From Fimbriimonadia bacterium (GTDB taxonomy: Bacteria; Armatimonadota; Fimbriimonadia; Fimbriimonadales; JABRVX01), in the NCBI GenBank assembly GCA_041483895.1, contig JBGPGO010000002.1:226074-290073 (forward strand): a DNA stretch of 64,000 bases, in the 5' to 3' direction. Numbering within the stretch: position 1 is the first letter of the stretch; every line of letters starts with the position of its first letter. A program made the position numbers and the translations under genes. The notes beneath the pieces are model-generated. The model did no database searches. It saw only the letters and a program-made list of their open reading frames with translations, and was not told the DNA's origin. Shown piece by piece: positions 50,001-58,328 of this stretch.

Positions 50001-50739
50001 GCGAGCCGTTGGTCGTGTCGTAGGACCAAATATTGAGGCGGTGTTCCGGTCCATTGTCGGAGAGATAATAGATCGTCTTGCCTTGCCACATCGGTTGGCT
50101 GTCCGTGCCTTCCCAGTCTGTGACCCTCTTCGCCTGCATCGTCTTGAGGTTGAACAGCCAGATATCCGCAGCCGTCCCGCCGCGGTAGCGCTTCCATGTC
50201 GCGGTATCGGTTCCGTAGGGAATGTATGCCAGCCATTCGCCGTCCGGGCTGATGGCGCCCATTTCACCATAAGGAACAGGCAGAACCGTTGGCAAGCCGC
50301 CGGTAGGCGCGACGGTCATGATCGTGTTCATACGGCCCAGCCCGGCGTATCCTCCCGAAAAGAAAACAAGTCGATTGTCTTGCGTCCAGTCCGTGACGAT
50401 CTCCTGCGCGGGATGGTGGGTGACGCGGAACGGCACTCCGCCGGCAGCCGGAATCGTGTAGATGTCACGTCCCCCGTCATAGTTGCCGACGAACGCGATG
50501 GTCTTGCCGTCGGGGCTGAATCGCGGGAATACCTCTCCGCCAGGCGGGCTGGAAAGGGGGGTCGCCACGCCGCCCTCTCTCGGCACGAGCCATAGGTCAT
50601 TGGCCCAGGCGAATACGATCTGCGTGGCGCTGACGTCGGCGTACCGGATCAGGCCATGGGGTGTTGAATTCTGGGAAAATGCCGCGGTGGCGGCGGTGAG
50701 CACGGAAATCGCGGCTCCGCAAAACCGAATAAAACGCAT
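47056..50739 (-). CDS. Tricorn-like S41 peptidase with internal inserted domain
   Basis: WKRYRGG, PD40 repeats, GELSVGHAY, DERWNGGG, AGSGGD, RTWGG, VEG.G..PDI. Confidence 0.93.
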   Translation of the reverse strand: MRFIRFCGAAISVLTAATAAFSQNSTPHGLIRYADVSATQIVFAWANDLWLVPREGGVATPLSSPPGGEVFPRFSPDGKTIAFVGNYDGGRDIYTIPAAGGVPFRVTHHPAQEIVTDWTQDNRLVFFSGGYAGLGRMNTIMTVAPTGGLPTVLPVPYGEMGAISPDGEWLAYIPYGTDTATWKRYRGGTAADIWLFNLKTMQAKRVTDWEGTDSQPMWQGKTIYYLSDNGPEHRLNIWSYDTTNGSRKQITKFTEFDIKWPSNGPGPDGKGEIVFNAGGDLYLLSLANFQYHQVDIRIPKDLPTIRPKIVDMSKNIFGWSISPTGKRAAIDARGDIWTAPAKDGSPRNITRTGNAIERDPAWSPDGRWIAYFSDVSGEYEIYLKESDGKGEARQLTKNSKNWRSGITWSPDSKHLVYQDTAGGIFLTDVEKAETKAVSEKDPWAANTPISWSHDNRWIAFNRMEERATKPSIYVYNVEDGKTTRVTSGMTDESSPTFDRKGDYLYFTAFRSFNPEYEDLGQSWIYPNTSAICAIPLRKDMKNPWLPKSDEETWKDEKKDGDKKEGEKKEEKPEEKKEQAAPAKDDGVSGTWECKLTGAAPLPPAGVSITFDLTLHPDNSVTGSVTSDMGGGAIESGKFDPASKQLTLTVKPSDGSDDATVIGKIDGDNFSGTATAKGLSFDIKGTRTKKGAQGGGAGGGASAGKAREKVDIDFDGIEARQFQLPIKSGRFGNLAVNDRNQLLYVRADARGAGEPPSIKLFDIGDEKKEEKTVASGGGFDMSADGKKILIPRGPSASIQDASAGATGDNVVTSGMLETINPRDEWKLIVKDGWRRYRDQFYDPNMHGVNWQSVLDHYMPVVDNCITREDVGFVIGEMIGELSVGHAYYFGGDIESQPNMNVGMLGVDFSLENGAYRLKRIYKGAPWETDAQSPLGMQGMDVKEGDYLLAVNHDPMDTSMDPWAPFIGMAGRTITLTVSANPTMDDKAKDVIVKAIGDDGQLRFWDWIEQNREYVSKQTNGRVGYIYVQNTGTDGQSDLVKQFYQQIDKEALIIDERWNGGGQIPTRFIELLNRPVTNFWATRHGNDATWPPDSNQGPKCMLINGLAGSGGDMFPWLFKHDKVGKVIGTRTWGGLVGLSGFPPLIDGAILTVPGFAFYKTNGTWGVEGHGTDPDIQVIDDPGKMWNGGDPQLDAGIAQMLQELKDHPFKVTPKPPYLNRSGMGVPEKDR

Positions 50740-50940
50740 CGAGTAACCTCCTCGGCCGAAGCCGTTTTTCCTTAGAAAAGCAGAATACTGTCGCGCCGGA
50801 TTGGGGCGAACGCACAGTTAGCGATTATGCACCTGTTCTATGGAGCTTTGCACAATCCCCCCATTGTCCGCCCTGGGTGCGGTCGCCAATGGTGCGATTA
50901 GGACTTTCGGACCACGGGGGCGCCTTTGCAGGTCCTATGC

Positions 50941-51543
50941 GATGTGTCGGGGCTCTGTTGTCGACCACCCATCGCCCGCCGGGTTTCAACGAGATGTGTC
51001 GGGGTTCACTCCTTCCGGCCACCCACCGCCCGCCGATACCCAAGACCCCGACACGATATGCCGCTCGTGTTGGGGTCTAGGTTGGTGGAAGTTGAGGAGA
51101 ATCGATGCCAGTGGACCCCAACACATCCTCTTCTCGATTTGTGAACAACGGCGATGTGTCGGGGTTCACTATTTAAGGCCAGCCATCGCTTGCCGAACCC
51201 CTAGACCCCGACACTCGAACCGCTTGTGTTGGGGTCAAGGTTGGTGGAAGTTGAGAGGATGGGATGCCAGTGGACCCCAACACATCCAGGTGCAGGAAAG
51301 CCCTCCCCCTTTTTCAGGCGTCAGCCTGCAAAAGGGGGAGGGTTGGGTGGGGGTTCTTCATGCTCTTTGTTCCGCTTGGCTAATGAAGATGGGTCGCAGT
51401 TGCGAGCGGGGATCCATTATTCTCCCTTCACAATCCCCATTGTGAAGGGCCTTTCTATTTGTGAGACGTCCATTGGTACCGCTCGTGTTGGGGTCTGAGG
51501 AAGTCGGCATACCGAAGCAATCGGCAGACGAGGACCCCAACAC
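50941..51543. repeat. Array of ~61-bp hairpin units GTGTYGGGGTY...RACCCCRACAC in alternating orientation
   Basis: Units at 50993-51054, 51067-51127 (inverted), 51153-51214, 51226-51286 (inverted), 51485-51543; partial unit from 50941. Confidence 0.85.
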
Positions 51544-51634
51544 AGCTTCCGGAATGATTCATTTTTTGTTTTTTTGCGGATGACCCCCACCCCACCCCTC
51601 CCCCTGTTTTCGCAAGCCGAAAACAGGGGGAGGG
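51301..51634. repeat. Inverted pair of CCCTCCCCC...GGGGGAGGG palindromic elements
   Basis: 51301-51353 (hairpin + TTGGGTGGGGG tail) and 51583-51634 (CCCCCACCCCA + hairpin). Confidence 0.75.
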
Positions 51635-51801
51635 AGTTTTAAGAGAGGGTCTGACAAGAAGGAGGCTGGCCATTTGGCGGGGAGCGGGGTAAGATGAATT
51701 TCAGTTATTTTCATGCGATTCAGTGTTGGGTAGGAGGTCGAACTATGCGCCGGTGCGTGCGTTCGTGGGGTTGTGGCAGGCGAGAGGTGTTTTGCGCGCG
51801 G

Positions 51802-53532
51802 ATGATCGCGACGGCCGTCGCCGGCCTGTTCCTAATCAGCTTCGCCATGGCCCAGCAGGGCACGACGGTTCGCGTTTCCGTTTCCTCCGCCGGGGCGCAG
51901 GGAAATTGGGACAGCTACCATCCTTCCATCAGTGCGGACGGGCGCTATGTCGCCTTTGAAAGCGACGCGAGCAACCTGGTCGCCGGGGACACGAACGGCT
52001 ATCAAGACGTGTTCGTTCGGGACCGGCAGTTTGGAACCACAGAGCGGGTCTCCGTCTCCTCCAGCGGGGCGCAAGGAAACTCGGACAGCGGCTTATACGA
52101 CGCCATATCCATCAGCGCGGACGGGCGCTATGTTGCCTTTACGAGCTCCGCGGGCAACCTGGTATCCGGGGACACGAACTACACCCATGACGTGTTCGTT
52201 CGGGACCGGCAGTTAGGAACCACGGAGCGGGTGTCCGTCTCCTCTTCCGGGGAGCAAGGAAACTCGGCCAGCGAATTTTCTTCCATCAGCGCGGATGGGC
52301 GCTATGTCGCCTTCGCGAGCTACGCGAGCATCCTGGTATCCGGGGACACGAACAATACTAATGACATATTCGTTCGGGACCGGCTAATGGGAACCACGGA
52401 GCGGGTGTCCGTCACCTCCTCCGGGACGCAAGGAAATTCTGACAGTTACCTTCCTTCCATCAGCGCGGACGGGCGTTATGTCGCTTTTTCTAGCTACGCG
52501 AGCAACCTGGTGTCCGGGGACACGAACAATTATACTGACGAATTCGTTCGGGACCGGCTGGCCGGAACCACGGAGCGGGTCTCCGTCTCTTCCTCCGGGG
52601 CGCAAGGGAATCGGGACAGCTTCTACGCTTCCATCAGCGCGGACGGGCGCTATGTGGCCTTTGAAAGCTACGCGAGCAACCTGGTCGCAGGGGACACGAA
52701 CGGCAAGTGGGACGTGTTCGTTCGAGACCGGCAGTTAGGAACCACGGAGCGGGTCTCCGTCTCTTCCTCCGGGGCGCAAGGAAATTCGGACAGCGGCGAC
52801 TACGGCATATCCATCAGCGCGGACGGGCGCTATGTCGCCTTCGGAAGCTACGCGAGCAACCTGGTATCCGGGGAGAGGAACGGTTATCAAGATGTATTCG
52901 TTCGCGACCGGCATGCCGGAACCACGGAGCGGGTTTCCATCTCCTCCGCCGGGGCGCAAGGAAATTTGGAAAGCTTCGACGCTTCCATCAGCGCGGACGG
53001 GCGCTATGTCGCCTTTGCTAGCACCGCGAGCAACCTGGTCGCTGGGGACACGAACGGCTATGCTGATGTGTTCGTCCACCAGATCGGCTCCGGATCGGGC
53101 TGGGGGGTCACCATTACCGGGCGGTTGCAACCGGAGGGCTATATTGGAATTATGCCGGAAAACGTTACGTTCGAGTTCCGAAATCAGGGCGAGACCATAC
53201 CTTTCGACATCCGGACCGCCATCGTTGCGCCGGACGGCTCGTACACGGTCACAGCTTATGCGCGGCAGATGGATGTGAGCGTCAATGCCCTTTCATGGCT
53301 GCGGCGCACCGTCCCGACCGATGCCAGTTTCGGCCCAGTAACTGGTCTGGATATGACCTTCGGCATCGGTGACGCCAACAGCAACAATGCAGTGGATCTT
53401 TACGATCTAAATGCGGTGTTCACCGCGTATGGTAACCTCGGCGGACCAGCAGATGTCGAGGGGGACGGACTCGTCGATCTCCCCGATCTCAGCATCATCT
53501 TCATCAACTTCGGGCTTGTTGGTGATCCGTAG
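51802..53532 (+). CDS. Secreted 7-bladed TolB/WD40-like (SISADGRYVAF) beta-propeller with C-terminal Ig-like and dockerin-like module
   Basis: Seven repeats of 174-183 bp; C-terminal SWLR, GDANSNNAVD, ADVEGDGLVD. Confidence 0.88.
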   Translation: MIATAVAGLFLISFAMAQQGTTVRVSVSSAGAQGNWDSYHPSISADGRYVAFESDASNLVAGDTNGYQDVFVRDRQFGTTERVSVSSSGAQGNSDSGLYDAISISADGRYVAFTSSAGNLVSGDTNYTHDVFVRDRQLGTTERVSVSSSGEQGNSASEFSSISADGRYVAFASYASILVSGDTNNTNDIFVRDRLMGTTERVSVTSSGTQGNSDSYLPSISADGRYVAFSSYASNLVSGDTNNYTDEFVRDRLAGTTERVSVSSSGAQGNRDSFYASISADGRYVAFESYASNLVAGDTNGKWDVFVRDRQLGTTERVSVSSSGAQGNSDSGDYGISISADGRYVAFGSYASNLVSGERNGYQDVFVRDRHAGTTERVSISSAGAQGNLESFDASISADGRYVAFASTASNLVAGDTNGYADVFVHQIGSGSGWGVTITGRLQPEGYIGIMPENVTFEFRNQGETIPFDIRTAIVAPDGSYTVTAYARQMDVSVNALSWLRRTVPTDASFGPVTGLDMTFGIGDANSNNAVDLYDLNAVFTAYGNLGGPADVEGDGLVDLPDLSIIFINFGLVGDP

Positions 53533-53600
53533 CCGCAGATTCTCGTTCTGATACCCTGATCGAATCGCAACGAACAAAACCTGCGCACAGTCCGTTGGAC

Positions 53601-54827
53601 TTAAAGACCGAACGTCCCCGCGGACAGATCATCCACCTTGGCCTTCGCCCGGATCAGGTCGTTCAGCTTGTCCGAAATCGGGTCCAGCTTCGGCTCCTCA
53701 TGGCTGATCGTCAACCCCATCCGAAGCCGATTGTTGTCGTCGTAGTAGACCTCGACATATTCCCCGCCGTCCAGATCGCCAAGAACCTTCGTCTCCCAGT
53801 GACCAGGTTCGCCGCGCAGGATCATATGCAGGTCCAAGAAGTCCGAGTAGAAATAGGGAACCTGGTCATACGGCTTGACCTCGCCCGCCATGATCGCCCC
53901 GGCCGCTCGCCCCTGATACCTGGCATTTAAGTGATGCTCGAGATGCCACTGCTTTCCCGTCACGAGGTCATTGAAATAGGCAATGTCTCCCGCGGCCCAA
54001 ATGTTCGGATCGGAGGATTGGAGATACTCGTTGACCTTGACGCCATTCCAGTCGCCCATCTCCAACCCAGAATTCACGGCCAATTCGGTATTCGGGATAA
54101 CACCGATCCCAACGACGGCCAATCCGGCAGCCACCGACAGCCCGCCGCCGGTCTTGACGGACTGCAGCTCTCCCATGCCCTCAAATTCGGTGACCTCTTC
54201 GCCAAGGGCAAACTTCACGCCCTTGGATTCATAGGCCTGTCGGATGAAATGGCCAGTGGACGGACTGGCGAACAAGTGCCACGGATAATCGCCGCGCTCA
54301 AAGATGGTAACCTCGCATCCACGGGCCAACGCGCTGGAAGCCACCTCCATCCCGATGAAGCCGGCGCCGATGATCGCCACCTTGTGCGCATCTTTCAGCC
54401 ACGAGCGAATGGCCTCTGAGTCCTCGATGCGCCGAAGGGTGAACACGCCTCGCAAATCGCTGCCGGGAACGTGAAGCTCCCTCGGTTTCGAGCCGGTCGC
54501 TAACAACAGCTTTTCGTACCGCACAGTGTCCCCGTTCGCCAACAGGACGGATCGTGCCGATCGGTCAATGCCGGTGGCCCGAACGCCGGTCACGAGCTGA
54601 ATCTTGTTGTCGGGATAGAAGCTGTCGAGCTTGCTGTACGGGTCGTCGGTTTTGTAATCGTCTTTGGTTAGGAACTGCTTCGAGAGCGGAGGACGATCGT
54701 AAGGAGGATGGTTTTCGCCGCAGACGATCAGGATGTCCCCATCGGCATCCCGCTCGCGTATCCATTGCGCCGCCGACGCGGACGCCACCCCGCCGCCAAT
54801 CAACAAATAGTTGGTATTCCTGTCCAT
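53601..54827 (-). CDS. FAD/NAD(P)H-dependent oxidoreductase (ferredoxin reductase type)
   Basis: GGGVAS, PYDRPPLSK, LATGS, GAGFIGME, AAGD, PYFYSD. Confidence 0.92.
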   Translation of the reverse strand: MDRNTNYLLIGGGVASASAAQWIRERDADGDILIVCGENHPPYDRPPLSKQFLTKDDYKTDDPYSKLDSFYPDNKIQLVTGVRATGIDRSARSVLLANGDTVRYEKLLLATGSKPRELHVPGSDLRGVFTLRRIEDSEAIRSWLKDAHKVAIIGAGFIGMEVASSALARGCEVTIFERGDYPWHLFASPSTGHFIRQAYESKGVKFALGEEVTEFEGMGELQSVKTGGGLSVAAGLAVVGIGVIPNTELAVNSGLEMGDWNGVKVNEYLQSSDPNIWAAGDIAYFNDLVTGKQWHLEHHLNARYQGRAAGAIMAGEVKPYDQVPYFYSDFLDLHMILRGEPGHWETKVLGDLDGGEYVEVYYDDNNRLRMGLTISHEEPKLDPISDKLNDLIRAKAKVDDLSAGTFGL

Positions 54828-55032
54828 GATCCCCGCTCCTTTGCTTGGTGTCGCCATTATGGCGTATCGGGTGATGCCGGAACCAATTTGGACAAGCCAT
54901 CATCATTTCCGCCCGATCTCTTCGGGGTAGCTTTTGCTTCGGTCTCGCTGCGTTTGGGCCCAAATTGGAACTTTGGAACCGGACTCCGGCGTCAAACAGA
55001 TAGAATACAAATCGAAAGCCGAGGAAATCAAA

Positions 55033-55683
55033 ATGAGAAAATCGGTCAAATGCGTACCGTTACTGCTGAGTTGTCTCTGCTTTGCCACGGTGGCCGGCCA
55101 GAATTCTCCAAAGGACATCCCGTCGCAGGCAGGCGCCAAAGTCAAGGGTTTGGCTGTAATCTATCCCATCGCGATGGAGAACGGCACCGAGACCGCTAAA
55201 AAAACCGCCTTTGACACAGTTGGCGAGATCGCGGCGAAGAATGGCTATTCGGTCGCATCGAAAGATGTGGCGCAAAAAGCTTGGGCCGAACTTAATACGA
55301 AAGAGCCAAGCGCCTTTCGAGTGCCTTCCGAGGAATCCCTTCGGGATTTCGCCGGCAAAATGGGGGCCGACATCGTCATATATGGTCGCATCAAGTGGCA
55401 TACCCGAAGCGTTTGGGTGGGATTGGGCCCCAAAACGTTATCGACTGCCACAACTGATATGTATGTGTACGATGTCTCCCAAGGCAAGACGGTGTACAAA
55501 CGGCTCGACGCCACTGGAAGAAGCGATGAGAAAGAGAACATGTACAAGATTGCGGCCGATATTCTTGTCACGCCGATTGTCACGGCCGTGAGCGGTGGTC
55601 CCGGAACGCCACGCGAGCAGCGAGCCGTGCAGATAGCGCTAGCCCGCGCGTTGCATGATTGGATTATTCCACCGGCTCATTAG
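55033..55683 (+). CDS. Secreted hypothetical protein (TolB-N/CsgG-like alpha/beta)
   Basis: Signal peptide; GADIVIYG; GAGG RBS. Confidence 0.6.
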   Translation: MRKSVKCVPLLLSCLCFATVAGQNSPKDIPSQAGAKVKGLAVIYPIAMENGTETAKKTAFDTVGEIAAKNGYSVASKDVAQKAWAELNTKEPSAFRVPSEESLRDFAGKMGADIVIYGRIKWHTRSVWVGLGPKTLSTATTDMYVYDVSQGKTVYKRLDATGRSDEKENMYKIAADILVTPIVTAVSGGPGTPREQRAVQIALARALHDWIIPPAH

Positions 55684-57044
55684 TCGGATCGCGCCAACGC
55701 TCCCATCGGATCCCACGGTGGGAGCTTGATCGGCTCCGTTTCCAAGATCGGCAACAGGCCGGCCGGCAAGTGTTTCTTATCGACTACAACTTCGTACATG
55801 TATTCGTCGAACCAAGAGTCGGTCATGACGAGGAAGCCCTTTTCGCCCGCCTTTTCGCCCCAGCTATTCTCGACCCGCCACTTGCGCGGCCGCTCGTCCT
55901 CGACGTCCACGCCGGTAAACACCATCGCGTGGTTCATCGCGCTGTGGCCGTACTCCAATCGCTGGCGCTTATCCATGTCGAACGTCGTGCCATACACCAG
56001 CCCGTAGTCCAAGACTCCCAGGTCCAAGATGCCGAGGTCGCGATCCAGCCCCTTGCCCACATCGCACCCGAACCATACGGCGCGATCGTCCATGAGCTGA
56101 TCCAGCGCCGCCTTCTTGATCACGGGTAGATCGACGTTGAGATACCGGATGATATGGCCGCCAATTACATTGCCCAAATACTCGACCGTGTACATTTTGT
56201 TGAACTCTTTGTCGCTCATCGGGCAGTGGATCAGGCATACCAGGTCATCGATTTTGTCGATCGGGATATGCTTTTCAACGAACTGCAAAGGCGTGATCAC
56301 CCCGTCCCGACTGAACTTCTCGTCCTTGTCCCGCCACTGCCAATCGAACTCGGTCGGAGGCTCCCCGAGATGGATTACGAGCATCCGGTACACCTCGCGC
56401 ATCATCCGCTCCTTTTCCTCCCGCATCCGCTCCATCGGCCAACCGCTCTCGCGCAGCGTGCAGGCAAACTCCCGCAGCTTGGTGGTGATCAGGCTCGTCA
56501 TCGCGCCGGTCGCGCTGCTGCTTTCGGTCTCCGGCATCGCGGTTTTCGGCACGGCGCCGTACTTCTTGAGGATGTTCACAAACATGTCCCACTGGCCGCC
56601 GTCTTGGATGGGATCGCGCAGCAGGTAGGCAATCAACCGGCCGTCCGTCGGCTCGTCCAATGTCTGAAGAATGCTTTCCAGGAAATAGTTGGCCTTCTCC
56701 AGCTTGTCCCAAAACAGGGGGTAGTTCTGGGATAGCTCAAACTTGGCGTCCAGGTTCATGCTTTCCATTGCGATGGTCCGGAACGTGTTAAGCGCCGCGA
56801 ACATCCAACATCGCCCGCTGCTGTTCTGGCTGGTCGCCTCGCCGGCTTTAAGCTGGTGCGAGTAGGTGTGCGTGACCTTGTTGACCACGTCTCGGTTCAA
56901 CGCAACCTGCTTGATCGATGTCTTCGTGACCGCGTTCATGGCCAGCCGGGCGCGATCGTCCAGAGAAACCTCCCTGCGGCAATTTTCGATGAAATTGGTA
57001 GAAAGGTCCCCGGTGGTGGACCGTACCGCGGTAATTGGTGTCAT
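55680..57044 (-). CDS. pepC: Aminopeptidase C / bleomycin hydrolase (C1B)
   Basis: QNSSGRCWMFA, FWDKLEKAN, DGGQW, NHAM, VENSWG, PWDPMGALA. Confidence 0.95.
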   Translation of the reverse strand: MTPITAVRSTTGDLSTNFIENCRREVSLDDRARLAMNAVTKTSIKQVALNRDVVNKVTHTYSHQLKAGEATSQNSSGRCWMFAALNTFRTIAMESMNLDAKFELSQNYPLFWDKLEKANYFLESILQTLDEPTDGRLIAYLLRDPIQDGGQWDMFVNILKKYGAVPKTAMPETESSSATGAMTSLITTKLREFACTLRESGWPMERMREEKERMMREVYRMLVIHLGEPPTEFDWQWRDKDEKFSRDGVITPLQFVEKHIPIDKIDDLVCLIHCPMSDKEFNKMYTVEYLGNVIGGHIIRYLNVDLPVIKKAALDQLMDDRAVWFGCDVGKGLDRDLGILDLGVLDYGLVYGTTFDMDKRQRLEYGHSAMNHAMVFTGVDVEDERPRKWRVENSWGEKAGEKGFLVMTDSWFDEYMYEVVVDKKHLPAGLLPILETEPIKLPPWDPMGALARSD

Positions 57045-57212
57045 GCGTGAGCTCCTGCTTGAGAATTGTGAACTACAGAATACAACGAATTGCGTGAGTT
57101 TACCAGTTTGCCTGCGCCGAATGGCCCAGGCACCAAAATTCTCCCTGGAACACGGCGGGACTCGCGGCGTCCAATAGATTCGGGTATCGTCCTACTGCCA
57201 AGGGGGTTAGAT

Positions 57213-58292
57213 ATGAGAAACATCATGGTGTCCGCGCTTGCGGCGCTCGTCGGGATTTCGGTCGCCCAGGTTAAAAAGCCGGTCATAGAATTCAACAGCT
57301 CCAACATTTCGGTGCTTCCGGACAATCCTCGGCCCAATGCCAAGGTTACGTTCGTGATCGCGCTCTACAACAGCGGCCAGGCAGACGCCGAGCGATTGCA
57401 GATTTTGACGACAGTGGACCGCCAACCCCTCGGCTCGACGCTCTCGACAGTCAATGCCCGCTCGCGGATGACGGTGCGCGGTCTTCCCCAATGGGACGCC
57501 GTCGCGGGCCGCCATACCGTTGACATCACGATCATCGGCGACGGCATCCGGAAGTCCGCCAGCAAGACGTTTCTCGTTTCCGGTACACCGTTGGACATTC
57601 ATGGATCGGGCGGCTCGGGCGGAGGTCAGAACGGAGTCCAGGTTGGGGCCCTTACGTTTGGTCAGGATGACCTAATCGCCGATCCATCCAGTCCGACAGC
57701 CGGCGAAAATGTTAAGTTCGGCCTAAAGATTATGAACAATTCCTACGATACGGTTCGGGACGTGACGGTGGAGCTATACGTTGGAACGAAGCTGATTGGC
57801 CGCCAGTCGATTGCCTCAATTCGGGGCGGACGGACGATCCGGGCCAACTCGTTCCCGGAATGGAAGTCGGAGAAGGGGTATCACAACGTCCGCTTCCTAG
57901 TGTCCTATGCCGGTTTTCGGGGCGAGGCGAAGGATAACTTTAGCGTCTCCGCCAGCAAAGATCCCCCAACCGGAAGCCTCAGAGATCTCTCTTTCGGATC
58001 GCGCGACATCACGCTCAGCACTTCGAATCCACGGAACGGGGATTGGGTCCGATTCGGGATCAATTTAACGAACAAGGGATCGCTGGAAGTCAAAAGCACT
58101 GTGGTCGAACTGTTCGTTTCGGACAAATCGATGGGGAAGCAAGAGATCAAGAAGATTGATGCCGGTAAGTCGTTTCATGCGAGCAGCTTCACGCTTTGGA
58201 AGGCTGTCACGGGCCGGAAGCCAATTCGCTTTGTGGTCACGCAAGGTGAGGACCGCCGGGAGATTCGGTCCACAATCAGCGTTGCCAAGTAA
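57213..58292 (+). CDS. Secreted protein with three CARDB-like Ig domains
   Basis: Signal peptide; three repeats P..P..G..V.F...I.N.G...W.A..G.H. Confidence 0.72.
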   Translation: MRNIMVSALAALVGISVAQVKKPVIEFNSSNISVLPDNPRPNAKVTFVIALYNSGQADAERLQILTTVDRQPLGSTLSTVNARSRMTVRGLPQWDAVAGRHTVDITIIGDGIRKSASKTFLVSGTPLDIHGSGGSGGGQNGVQVGALTFGQDDLIADPSSPTAGENVKFGLKIMNNSYDTVRDVTVELYVGTKLIGRQSIASIRGGRTIRANSFPEWKSEKGYHNVRFLVSYAGFRGEAKDNFSVSASKDPPTGSLRDLSFGSRDITLSTSNPRNGDWVRFGINLTNKGSLEVKSTVVELFVSDKSMGKQEIKKIDAGKSFHASSFTLWKAVTGRKPIRFVVTQGEDRREIRSTISVAK

Positions 58293-58328
58293 GAAGGGGT
58301 TTTGGGCAGGCTGTCGCATTTTGTGACC

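Noticed and set aside
50840..51445. 201-aa ORF and other short ORFs over the repeat cluster
   Set aside because: Translations simply mirror the DNA palindromes; no protein-like features
50941..51543. CRISPR array
   Set aside because: Units alternate in orientation, cores are homologous to one another rather than unique spacers, and no cas genes are in the window
51868..53085. Diversity-generating retroelement target
   Set aside because: No reverse transcriptase or non-coding template repeat in the window; variation includes indels and is not visibly adenine-restricted
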